Source: Bacilli bacterium
Lineage (GTDB): Bacteria; Bacillota_I; Bacilli_A; RF39; UBA660
Direction: 5' to 3'
NCBI GenBank assembly: GCA_007117415.1
Contig: SKGN01000004.1
Coordinates: forward strand, 1 to 63,200
Length of the DNA: 63,200 nt
The notes under the pieces were generated by a model that searched no databases, was not told the DNA's origin, and saw nothing but the letters and a program-made list of their open reading frames with translations. Positions 1 to 8,435 of the stretch are shown one piece after another. The translations under genes were made by a program, and so were the position numbers. Every line of letters begins with the position of its first letter. Positions within the stretch are counted from its first letter, which is position 1.

Positions 1-1
1 A

Positions 2-100
2 AAAATATCTAAAAAACCTAAAAAAAACGAAAAAGTTGGAAGAAATCAAAAATGTCCTTGTGGTAGTGGCAAAAAACACAAATTCTGTTGTGGAAAATAA
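2..100 (+). CDS. secA: SecA preprotein translocase, C-terminal fragment (5' end lies outside the window)
   Basis: The frame ending at TAA 98-100 translates to [32 protein letters not shown]. This is the SecA C-terminal zinc-binding tail ([12 protein letters not shown]). secA-prfB adjacency is conserved in Bacilli. Confidence 0.8.
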   Translation, partial: KISKKPKKNEKVGRNQKCPCGSGKKHKFCCGK

Positions 101-144
101 AAAAAAGGTATAGGTTCATAATATGTAATCCATACCTTTTTTTT
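101..144. terminator. Bidirectional rho-independent terminator between secA (+) and the convergent membrane-protein gene (-)
   Basis: GGTAT(A)GG 107-114 pairs with CCATACC 130-136. The stem is flanked by an A-run (101-106) and a T-run (137-144). Confidence 0.5.
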
Positions 145-1051
145 AATTTTCAGTTTTTTTGAACTTGTTTTTAAGAATAAAACTTAATGCAATAAAAGAA
201 ATAAAACATATAATAAATATTCCCAGAAAGATAAACATTTTATTAAATGAGTAACTCATGATATCAACTATTAAATAATTATTAAAAATAGCAATTTGCT
301 CCGTTTGAATAATTATATTAATTAAAACCTCTTGAGCAACAAATAAACCTAATAAATATATAATACCAATTACTGCTCCTGTTATTCCGAACCATTTAAG
401 TCCTTTGGTTAGTTTTGATATTAATATACTTAATCCTAGTAATAATGCGAAAATAACAAAAAATATAATGTTAAGATATTTATATACTTGTTGAGCTATA
501 TTAATTTGTGGTTTGAAATTGGTAGTTATTTCCTCAACATCTATGAATTCACTTAAAACAATTTGATCAGGTATATCAATATCCTCTATTATTGCATCTA
601 TATTAAAGCCATCTTTTTCTAATTGTTTCTTTTCTTCTTCAGGAAGTTCGTCTACTTTGTTTTCAATCTCTTTTTTAAAATTAGCCATAAAATTATCTGT
701 TTCAATAACGAGTGTAAATTCTTGTTGGTTTCCTTTTATAATGTTAAGGGCATCTTTAATAGCTAAAAAAGTATTTTCTTTAAACCATTCTTCGTTAATT
801 GTTTTTTCAATAGAACTCGTTAATATTTCTTGCATTTCATTTTTATCGCTATCATCATTAATATTTTGAATTAATTCATTTTTAACGGCTTGATAAATAG
901 ATGGCATAAATTCTGTTTTATAAATCATTCCTTCATAAAAGCGTTCGCTTAAAAAGGTGTTATTTATTAATAGGGTAGTTATAAATAACAAAGATACCAA
1001 TATTAAAATTAAACATATAGTGATTTGTAAAAAATTTCTAATTAATTTCAT
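143..1051 (-). CDS. Hypothetical membrane protein: N-terminal TM, acidic extracytoplasmic domain, C-terminal multi-TM region
   Basis: 302-aa ORF with SD AGGAGG upstream of ATG 1051. Hydrophobic segments at both ends. No family recognised. Confidence 0.6.
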   Translation of the reverse strand: MKLIRNFLQITICLILILVSLLFITTLLINNTFLSERFYEGMIYKTEFMPSIYQAVKNELIQNINDDSDKNEMQEILTSSIEKTINEEWFKENTFLAIKDALNIIKGNQQEFTLVIETDNFMANFKKEIENKVDELPEEEKKQLEKDGFNIDAIIEDIDIPDQIVLSEFIDVEEITTNFKPQINIAQQVYKYLNIIFFVIFALLLGLSILISKLTKGLKWFGITGAVIGIIYLLGLFVAQEVLINIIIQTEQIAIFNNYLIVDIMSYSFNKMFIFLGIFIICFISFIALSFILKNKFKKTEN

Positions 1052-1190
1052 TTTTTCCTCCTATTTGTTTATATTCTTAAATATAGCAAAAATAATTAAC
1101 AAATGCAAATAATGTGACAAATATAAGGAAAAAAGATATTAAATCTTTATGAAAATATTTGAACATGATATAATGAAAAAGGTGATATAA

Positions 1191-2304
1191 ATGGAATTAA
1201 AGGAATTAAAAAAAGAGTTAGATAATAAAAAAGAAAAAATATTGAACTTTTGGGGGTCTCTTTGACATAATAAACAAAGAGAAAAAACTAGAAGAATTAA
1301 ATCAAATATTAAATGAACCAAATTTTTGGGATAATAAAAAACAAGCAGAAAAAACTATTGAAAAGATTAATAATATTAAGCAAGATATAACAAAAATCAA
1401 AAATTTAAAAACTAAAATTGATAACAATTTTGAGATAATCATTATGCTAGAAGATTCATATGATGAAGAAATAAAAATAATGGTTGAAAAAGAACTTCTA
1501 GATATAACTAAAGCTTTAGATGAGTTTGAATTACAAGTGTTACTAAGTGGAGATTATGATAGCAATAATGCTATTTTAGAAATTCATTCGGGAGCTGGAG
1601 GTACAGAGGCTTCTGATTGGGCTTCAATGCTTCTTCGTATGTATTCTAGATGGGTCGAATCAAATAATTATAATTATGAATTAATAGCTATTCAAACTGC
1701 AGAGGAAGCCGGAATTAAAAGTGCTTCTATATTAATAAAAGGAAAGAATGTTTATGGTTTTTTAAAAAGTGAAAAAGGAGTACATAGATTAATAAGGTTA
1801 TCGCCTTTTGATACTGGCAAACGAAGACATACCTCTTTTGCGTCAGTTGAAATAATTCCTGAAATTGAGAGTAATATAGAAATTGAATTAAAAGAACAAG
1901 ATTTAAAAACAGATGTATATAGAAGTAGTGGAGCTGGTGGTCAATCAGTTAACACTACTGATAGCGCGGTTAGAATTACGCATTTGCCTACTGGTTTAAT
2001 CGTTACGTGTCAAAACGAAAGAAGTCAAATAAAAAACAAAGAAAAAGCGCTTCAAATATTAAAAAGTAAGGTTTATCAACTTGAGCAAGAAAAATTGAGC
2101 GATTCTCTCGTTGAGTTAAAAGGAGATAGCCAGAAAATTGATTTTGGTTCTCAGATTAGGACTTATGTTATGCATCCTTATTCGATGGTTAAGGATCATC
2201 GAACCAATGTTGAAACAAGCAATGTATTAAAAGTATTAGATGGAGATATAAGTCTATTTATAGAAGCATATTTGAAAGGAGAAGTTGCGAGTGATTTTAA
2301 CTAA
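1191..2304 (+). CDS. prfB: Peptide chain release factor 2, expressed through a programmed +1 frameshift at 1260-1266
   Basis: ATG 1191 opens MELKELKKELDNKKEKILNFWGSL and then hits in-frame TGA at 1263. The +1 frame from 1264 joins the listed ORF 1444..2304. RF2 motifs SPF (RLSPFD) and GGQ (SGAGGQSVN) are present. Confidence 0.95.
1251..1266 (+). promoter_or_regulatory. prfB: prfB recoding site: internal SD-like GGGGG, 3-nt spacer, then CTT TGA C
   Basis: The sequence TGGGGGTCTCTTTGAC matches the canonical RF2 autoregulatory frameshift cassette (SD-like element followed by CUU UGA C). Confidence 0.9.
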
Positions 2305-3139
2305 AAAACAATCAAAAAGACTAGTTATTAAAAGGTTTCTTTTTCTTTTAGTAGCGTTATTTATTTATGCTTCTGCTTATAATTTGTTCATGTTGCCTAA
2401 TAATATAGTGGCTGGGGGTGTCAGTGGGATTGCCATTATAACGAAGCACATGATTGATCCCGCTTTACTAGTTTTAATATTGAGCGTTCTACTAATTATT
2501 ATGAGTTATTTAATACTTGGTAAAGAAAAAACAATGAACTCTATAATTGGTTCTTTGTTTTTTCCCCTTTTTATAAAATTAACCGCTAATATTGGTGAAT
2601 TTTTTTTAATTGAAACGAAAGATTTATTGCTAATATCTATTTTTACTGGTGTATTTGCTGGAGTTGCTATTGGTCTTGTTTTTAAAAACGGTTATACCAC
2701 GGGAGGAACTGATATTTTAAATCAAATAGTTTCTAAATATTTCAAAATTTCAATAGGAAAAGCAATGTTAATTAATGAAAGTATTATAGTATTATGTGGG
2801 GGATTGGTTTTTGGTTGGACAATGGTAATGTATGCGGTTATAGTTATATATATAATGAGCGTTACCGCGGATAAGGTAATGTTAGGTATTTCCGGGAACA
2901 AGGCTTTTTATATTGTAACAGCTAAAGACGAGGAAATAAGAGATTATATTTTAAGACGTTTAGGTCATGGGGTAACAATATTAGATTCAAAAGGGGGATT
3001 TTCCGGAAGAGAACAAAACATATTAATGTGTGTAGTGCCCACTAATCATTACTTTAAATTAAAAGAGGGAATACAATTAATAGACAAAGAAGCTTTCTTT
3101 GTGGTTACAGATTCATATGAAGTAATTGGAGGAGCTTAA
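2291..3139 (+). CDS. YitT-family (DUF2179) integral membrane protein, copy 1
   Basis: Multi-TM N-terminal part with GGVSGIAII and TTGGTDIL motifs, plus a C-terminal soluble DUF2179-like domain (ILDSKGGFSG...VTDSYEV.GG). GTG 2291 is spaced 9 nt from the GGAG; the listed TTG 2285 is too close to the SD. Confidence 0.75.
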   Translation: MILTKKQSKRLVIKRFLFLLVALFIYASAYNLFMLPNNIVAGGVSGIAIITKHMIDPALLVLILSVLLIIMSYLILGKEKTMNSIIGSLFFPLFIKLTANIGEFFLIETKDLLLISIFTGVFAGVAIGLVFKNGYTTGGTDILNQIVSKYFKISIGKAMLINESIIVLCGGLVFGWTMVMYAVIVIYIMSVTADKVMLGISGNKAFYIVTAKDEEIRDYILRRLGHGVTILDSKGGFSGREQNILMCVVPTNHYFKLKEGIQLIDKEAFFVVTDSYEVIGGA

Positions 3140-3140
3140 T

Positions 3141-3998
3141 ATGAATAGAAAGAAAGTAAGCTTGAAAAAAATTAAAATTTATCTAGAACTAACAGTGGGA
3201 TTGTTTCTGGCAGCGGTTGTATTTAATTTATTTTTTTTCCCCATGAAAATAGTAGTAGGTGGCAATAGTGGAATAGCTATAATAGTGGAACACTTATTTA
3301 ACGTAGATCCCTCAATGGTCATTTTAATATATGCGTTAATAACATTAATGATAGGATTTTTTGTGTTAGGTTATGAAGTGGTTAGAAATTCTATTTATGG
3401 TGCATTAATATTTCCTCTCTTTATTAATTTAACATCAGGAATAAATGAATTTATAATTATTGACTATGATAATGCTTTGGCCTTGTTTATAATAGGTGCC
3501 GTTATAATAGGAGTAGCGCTAGGTTTAGTATATAAAACAGGATATACCCTTGGTGGCACGGATATTATTAAATTAGTAATAAGAAAATACTTTGGTTACA
3601 CGATTGGTAAAGCAAGTTTAGTAGTTAATGGAGTCATAGTTATAATAGGTGGAATTATTTTTGGATGGACCAATGCTATGTATGCGTTATTAATATTATA
3701 TATATCAGCAGTGGTGATAGATAAAGTTTTATTAGGAATAGCCCAAAACAAAGCTTTTTATATTGTTACGAAAAAGGACGAAGAATTAAAGAAACATATT
3801 ATAAATGATTTAAATAGGGGAGTTAGTGTTATTAAAGCTAAGAACAATAATACTAATGAAACAAAAAAAGTATTGATGTGTATTATTCCCAAAAAGGAAT
3901 ATTATTTATTAAAAGAAATAATCAAAAAAACAGATAAAGAAGCTTTTTATAGCGTTGTAGATGCATATGAAGTTAGCGGCGGATATAAAGCAATTTAA
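3141..3998 (+). CDS. YitT-family (DUF2179) integral membrane protein, copy 2 (tandem paralog)
   Basis: Same architecture as copy 1 (GGNSGIAII, TLGGTDII, AFY.VVDAYEVSGG). ATG 3141 is preceded by GGAGG. Confidence 0.75.
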   Translation: MNRKKVSLKKIKIYLELTVGLFLAAVVFNLFFFPMKIVVGGNSGIAIIVEHLFNVDPSMVILIYALITLMIGFFVLGYEVVRNSIYGALIFPLFINLTSGINEFIIIDYDNALALFIIGAVIIGVALGLVYKTGYTLGGTDIIKLVIRKYFGYTIGKASLVVNGVIVIIGGIIFGWTNAMYALLILYISAVVIDKVLLGIAQNKAFYIVTKKDEELKKHIINDLNRGVSVIKAKNNNTNETKKVLMCIIPKKEYYLLKEIIKKTDKEAFYSVVDAYEVSGGYKAI

Positions 3999-4048
3999 AA
4001 AACATAGAAAAACGTGTTATAATTTATTTAGTAGTAAGGAGATGTTTT

Positions 4049-4747
4049 ATGGAATTAATAAGAATTAAAGGTGTCGAAAAACAATATAAAAATGGAGTTA
4101 CTGCTGTATATGATCTTGATTTAAAAATAAAAAAAGGCGATTTTATTTTTGTGATAGGTGCTTCTGGTAGTGGTAAATCAACATTAATAAAAATGTTACA
4201 TCGAGAGGAAAAACCATCTAAAGGACAAATTATAATCGGTGGAATAGATGTTGCTAAATTAAGAAATAACAAGGTTTATAAATTAAGAAGAAAGCTTGGG
4301 ATTGTTTTTCAAGATTTCAAATTACTACCTAAACTTAATGTTTTTGAAAATGTTGCGTTTACGTTAGAAATTTTTGGTGTACCAATGAGCGAAATAAAAG
4401 AAAAAACCTTAAAGGCGATTGAGCTAGTAGGATTAAAAAACAAAGCCAAGCAATATCCTGATAAACTATCAGGAGGAGAACAACAAAGAGTTGCTATTGC
4501 AAGAGCAATTGTTAACGGACCAAAATTATTATTATGTGACGAACCTACGGGTAATTTAGATCATGAGACAAGCATGGAAATAATGAAAGTTTTAGAAGTT
4601 ATTAATAACTTAGGAACAACTATTATTATGGCTACTCATGATCGTGATATTGTTAATAAAATGAAAAAAAGGGTAATCTTATTAGAAAATGGTAAATTAG
4701 TTAAAGATTATGAAAAAGGGAGTTATGATTGTAATGAAGGTGTTTAG
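4049..4747 (+). CDS. ftsE: Cell-division ABC ATPase FtsE
   Basis: Walker A GASGSGKST, signature LSGGEQQR, Walker B LLLCDEP. Immediately followed by ftsX. Confidence 0.9.
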   Translation: MELIRIKGVEKQYKNGVTAVYDLDLKIKKGDFIFVIGASGSGKSTLIKMLHREEKPSKGQIIIGGIDVAKLRNNKVYKLRRKLGIVFQDFKLLPKLNVFENVAFTLEIFGVPMSEIKEKTLKAIELVGLKNKAKQYPDKLSGGEQQRVAIARAIVNGPKLLLCDEPTGNLDHETSMEIMKVLEVINNLGTTIIMATHDRDIVNKMKKRVILLENGKLVKDYEKGSYDCNEGV

Positions 4748-5633
4748 AATTTTAGGACGCAATATTAGAGATGCGTTTAGAAGCGTTTTTAGAAATTTCA
4801 GTTTAAGTATTGCATCAATATCATGTATAACCATTACCCTTGTTGTGGTTTCGATTTCGGTGTTATCATCTTATAATGTTGATAATTTTACTAAATTAAT
4901 GAAACAAGATTTTACCATAGTAGTTTTTTTAGATAACAAAATAGATCAAAAAGGAATAACCGAAATTGAAACAGAGATTGAAAAAATTGAAAATGTTGAA
5001 AGTTATGAATATGAAAGTAAAATTGATATAGCCTCATCAATGATGGCGACATCTGATATTTTCGAAAATATTATGAAGGAGTGGGATGAAACCGAAAATC
5101 CACTTCAAGATACGTTTTTGATTAAAGTTAAAGATACCAATTATATAAATCAAACTGCTAATAAAATCAAGCAACTTGAGGGGGTTACCCTTGTAAAATA
5201 TGGCGAGGGTATTGTGGAACAATTATTAACTGTTTTTAATATAGTTGAAAAAGCCCTTGTTGTGGTTGTTTTATTGCTTGTGTTTGTTACTGCTTTTTTA
5301 ATTACTAACACTATAAAGTTGACCATCTTTTCGCGAAAAAAAGAAATAGAAATCATGAGATTAGTAGGATCATCTAATATAAATATTCAGTTACCATTTA
5401 TTATAGAAGGGTTATTTTTAGGATTGTTAGGGGCTGTTATTCCTACATTAATAGTAATTTATGGTTATACAGCCTTATATTTAAATTTTGACGGAAGATT
5501 GTTTTCTCCGTTTATTAGATTGGTACATCCTGAACCGTTTATATATGTGGTATCATTGGGACTTGTTAGTTTAGGAATAATAGTGGGTATGATGGGTAGT
5601 TATGCTGCCGTCAGAAAATATTTAAAAATATAA
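4734..5633 (+). CDS. ftsX: Cell-division ABC permease-like protein FtsX
   Basis: N-terminus MKVFRILGRNIRDAFRSVFRN, then TM1, a large extracellular loop and 3 C-terminal TMs. Overlaps the ftsE stop. Start chosen at ATG 4734 inside the listed ORF 4710. Confidence 0.85.
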   Translation: MKVFRILGRNIRDAFRSVFRNFSLSIASISCITITLVVVSISVLSSYNVDNFTKLMKQDFTIVVFLDNKIDQKGITEIETEIEKIENVESYEYESKIDIASSMMATSDIFENIMKEWDETENPLQDTFLIKVKDTNYINQTANKIKQLEGVTLVKYGEGIVEQLLTVFNIVEKALVVVVLLLVFVTAFLITNTIKLTIFSRKKEIEIMRLVGSSNINIQLPFIIEGLFLGLLGAVIPTLIVIYGYTALYLNFDGRLFSPFIRLVHPEPFIYVVSLGLVSLGIIVGMMGSYAAVRKYLKI

Positions 5634-5645
5634 GGAGAGTTAGTT

Positions 5646-6344
5646 ATGGCGGGAATTTTTTATTCTTATCAAAATGAAGAAAACGAATATATAGATACTA
5701 GTAGTTACGGAAATTATTATCGACCCAAAAAGAAACCGAACGACAAAGGTAAATACCTTGTTTTGCTTATATTAACTATTGTTATATTAATTTTATTGTG
5801 GTTGGGAGGCTTTCTAAATCCTGGCGACAAAGAATTAAAACATATGAAAGTAATGGATAGAGTTTGTGAAGAGGCTGTAAAACACGTTACAGAACCGGAG
5901 CAAAAAATAGGTATTTATGGGGCTAATATTCCTGGCAGGGTAATTTATATTAGGCTTAACGAATTAATGATGATTGGAGTTATAGAGTCGAATTTAAAAG
6001 ACTATAGAACAGGAGAATTAATTTCAGCTTCTACAGATATAAAATTAGAAGTTTTATCAACTGAAAATATTTTATGCAGCGGTTTTGCTTTTCCTGAAGA
6101 TGATAGAATAATTCCGGAAGTTTTCTTAATTGGAAATAAAAAAATGACCATTAACAAAGGAGAAACATTTATTGATCCTGGTGCTTATGCTACTGATAAC
6201 AGAGATGGAAATATTACTCACAAAATAGTTAGATCGGGTACTGTTGATGTAGAAACACCCGGAACCTATCACATTCATTATGTTGTAAAAGATAGAGCCG
6301 GAAATCTTTCGGAAAAAGAAACGAGAATAATTATTGTAAAATAA
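5646..6344 (+). CDS. Membrane-anchored extracytoplasmic protein with a C-terminal Ig-like (DUF5011-type) domain
   Basis: One TM ([20 protein letters not shown]). The C-terminus [28 protein letters not shown]...[17 protein letters not shown] resembles bacterial Ig-like DUF5011 repeats. Lies 12 nt after ftsX. Confidence 0.5.
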   Translation: MAGIFYSYQNEENEYIDTSSYGNYYRPKKKPNDKGKYLVLLILTIVILILLWLGGFLNPGDKELKHMKVMDRVCEEAVKHVTEPEQKIGIYGANIPGRVIYIRLNELMMIGVIESNLKDYRTGELISASTDIKLEVLSTENILCSGFAFPEDDRIIPEVFLIGNKKMTINKGETFIDPGAYATDNRDGNITHKIVRSGTVDVETPGTYHIHYVVKDRAGNLSEKETRIIIVK

Positions 6345-6363
6345 ACTTAATAAATTATAACTT

Positions 6364-6392
6364 AGGCAGGAAAAAATTCCTGTCTGTTTTTT
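6364..6392 (+). terminator. Rho-independent terminator
   Basis: AGGCAGGAA 6364-6372 pairs with TTCCTGTCT 6377-6385 (one G-U pair), followed by GTTTTTT. Confidence 0.7.
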
Positions 6393-6406
6393 ATGACAAC
6401 TACGGG

Positions 6407-6436
6407 TTGACACGAACGATTGTTTGGCTGTATAAT
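6407..6436 (+). promoter_or_regulatory. uvrB sigma-A promoter with an embedded LexA (Cheo/SOS) box
   Basis: TTGACA 6407-6412, an 18-nt spacer, TATAAT 6431-6436. The spacer begins CGAACGATTGTTTG (6413-6426), which differs from the Firmicute LexA consensus CGAAC-N4-GTTCG at one position. Confidence 0.65.
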
Positions 6437-6463
6437 ATGGTGAGATTAGAGAGAGGGATAATA

Positions 6464-8419
6464 ATGAAATTTGAACTAAAAACTAAATATAATCCCAGTG
6501 GCGATCAACCTCAAGCAATACAAAAATTAGTAGAAGGAATTAATAAAGGCGAAAAACATCAAGTTTTATTAGGTGCGACAGGTACCGGAAAAACCTTTAC
6601 TGTTTCTCATGTTATAAATCAAATTAATAAACCTATTTTAGTTTTAGCTCATAATAAAACTTTAGCAGGTCAACTTTATGGTGAGTTTAAAGAATTATTT
6701 CCAAACAATAGAGTTGAATATTTTGTTTCTTATTATGACTATTATCAACCAGAAGCATATATTCCTTCTAGCGATACTTATATAGAAAAGGATGCTTCAA
6801 TAAATGATGAGATAGACGAATTAAGACATAGCGCCACTTCAGCTTTGATGAATCGAAAAGATGTTATCGTTGTAGCGTCAGTGTCTTGCATATACGGAAT
6901 TGGAGAAGTAGAAGAATATAAGAAAAAGATGCTTATATTAAATGAAGGAGATATTATTGAAAGAGATGAAATATTAAAACGATTAATAGAAATGTTATAT
7001 GAAAGAAATAATGTTGATTTAACAAGAGGGACTTTTAGAGCTAAAGGAGATGTTATTGAAATAATTCCAAGCTATGAGCGAAAAAATGGAATAAGAATAG
7101 AACTTTTTGACAACATAATTGAAAAAATAAGTGAATTTGATGTTTTAACAGGTAATATTATTGTTAACAAAAAAACTGTAACACTTTATCCCGCTAGTCA
7201 TTTCGTTACAGGAGATGAAAAATTAAAAATAGCCATTGAAAGAATAAAAGAAGAACTTAATAATAGGTTGCCAGAACTTAAAAATAATAACAAATTAATT
7301 GAATATCAAAGATTAGAAGAAAAAACAAATTATGATATCGAGATGTTAAATGAAACAGGTTTTTGTAGAGGAATAGAAAATTACGCCAGACACCTTGCTT
7401 TAAAAGAGGAAGGGGAAACGCCTACCACCTTAATTGATTATTTTGGAGATGATTTTTTATTAATAATTGATGAATCTCATGTCACCTTACCTCAGGTTAG
7501 AGGGATGTATAATGGAGATAGAGCACGTAAACAAATGTTAGTAGACTATGGTTTTAGATTACCAAGTGCTTTAGATAATAGACCACTGCATTTTGATGAG
7601 TTTGAAGAAAAGATAAAGCAAGTAATATATGTTTCTGCCACCCCGGGCGATTATGAATTAGCCAAAACAAATCATAGGATAGTTGAACAAATTAATAGGC
7701 CAACTGGTTTGTTGGACCCTACTATTGAAATTAGGAAATCTAAAAATCAAATAGATGATCTAGTTGGGGAGATAAATAAACGAACAAAAGTTAATGAAAG
7801 AACCATTATAACAACGTTGACTATTCGAATGGCTGAAGAATTAACTAATTACTTAAAAAAAATGGATATAAAAGTAGCGTATCTTCATAACGAAATAAAA
7901 ACCTTAGAAAGGATTAAAATAATAAGGGATTTAAGATTAAAAAAATATGATGTTTTAATTGGTATAAATCTACTTAGAGAAGGATTAGACATTCCAGAAG
8001 TAAGTTTAATAGCTATTCTTGATGCTGACAAACAAGGCTTTTTAAGAAGCGAAAGAAGTTTAGTTCAAACGATAGGAAGATGCGCCAGAAATATAAATGG
8101 TCATGTTATAATGTACGCTGATGAAATTAGCGAAAGTATGAAGAAAGCCATTTTAGAAACTGAAAGAAGAAGAGAAATTCAAAAACAATATAATGAAAAA
8201 AACAATATTGTTCCTAAAACAATCATTAAAGAAATAAGAGAACTAATTTCTAATGAAACGGATGAAATTAGTGATAATAGTAATAATATATATACAAAGA
8301 AGCAAAAAGAAAAAGCTATAACAATGATTGAAAAAGAAATGAACGAGGCTGCCCAAAATTTAGATTTTGAAAAGGCAGCGGAATTACGAGATATATTATT
8401 TGAGTTAAAATTAAAATAA
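6464..8419 (+). CDS. uvrB: Excinuclease ABC subunit B
   Basis: [19 protein letters not shown], Walker A GATGTGKT, helicase motifs, C-terminal UVR motif (FEKAAELRD). Start trimmed to ATG 6464. Confidence 0.95.
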   Translation: MKFELKTKYNPSGDQPQAIQKLVEGINKGEKHQVLLGATGTGKTFTVSHVINQINKPILVLAHNKTLAGQLYGEFKELFPNNRVEYFVSYYDYYQPEAYIPSSDTYIEKDASINDEIDELRHSATSALMNRKDVIVVASVSCIYGIGEVEEYKKKMLILNEGDIIERDEILKRLIEMLYERNNVDLTRGTFRAKGDVIEIIPSYERKNGIRIELFDNIIEKISEFDVLTGNIIVNKKTVTLYPASHFVTGDEKLKIAIERIKEELNNRLPELKNNNKLIEYQRLEEKTNYDIEMLNETGFCRGIENYARHLALKEEGETPTTLIDYFGDDFLLIIDESHVTLPQVRGMYNGDRARKQMLVDYGFRLPSALDNRPLHFDEFEEKIKQVIYVSATPGDYELAKTNHRIVEQINRPTGLLDPTIEIRKSKNQIDDLVGEINKRTKVNERTIITTLTIRMAEELTNYLKKMDIKVAYLHNEIKTLERIKIIRDLRLKKYDVLIGINLLREGLDIPEVSLIAILDADKQGFLRSERSLVQTIGRCARNINGHVIMYADEISESMKKAILETERRREIQKQYNEKNNIVPKTIIKEIRELISNETDEISDNSNNIYTKKQKEKAITMIEKEMNEAAQNLDFEKAAELRDILFELKLK

Positions 8420-8435
8420 TGAAAGAAGAGATAGT

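Noticed and set aside
657-869. Numerous 60-110-aa ORFs on the strand opposite to, or out of frame with, long well-supported genes. Examples: 657..869, 1139..1321, 4024..4272, 5037..5356, 6126..6413, 8822..9136, 13754..13957, 18214..18534, 25699..25950, 28566..29065, 37981..38259, 46167..46373, 53794..54117, 59239..59472.
   Set aside because: They lie entirely within genes that have clear family motifs, they lack SD sequences, and their products are low-complexity and rich in Ile, Leu, Phe, Ser and Lys. That is what shadow frames of AT-rich coding DNA look like.
6407-6463. N-terminal extensions of listed ORFs. Affected genes: uvrB from 6407, the mscS-like gene from 17729, TetR from 22124, rpsF from 40925, clpC from 53357, soj from 36271, the Fic gene from 57228, the P-loop gene from 61485, gerQ from 23816 and lemA from 23409.
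   Set aside because: Internal ATG or GTG codons with properly spaced SD sequences, and family-typical N-termini, lie downstream. The extensions run through promoter elements or use non-ATG codons too close to, or lacking, an SD.
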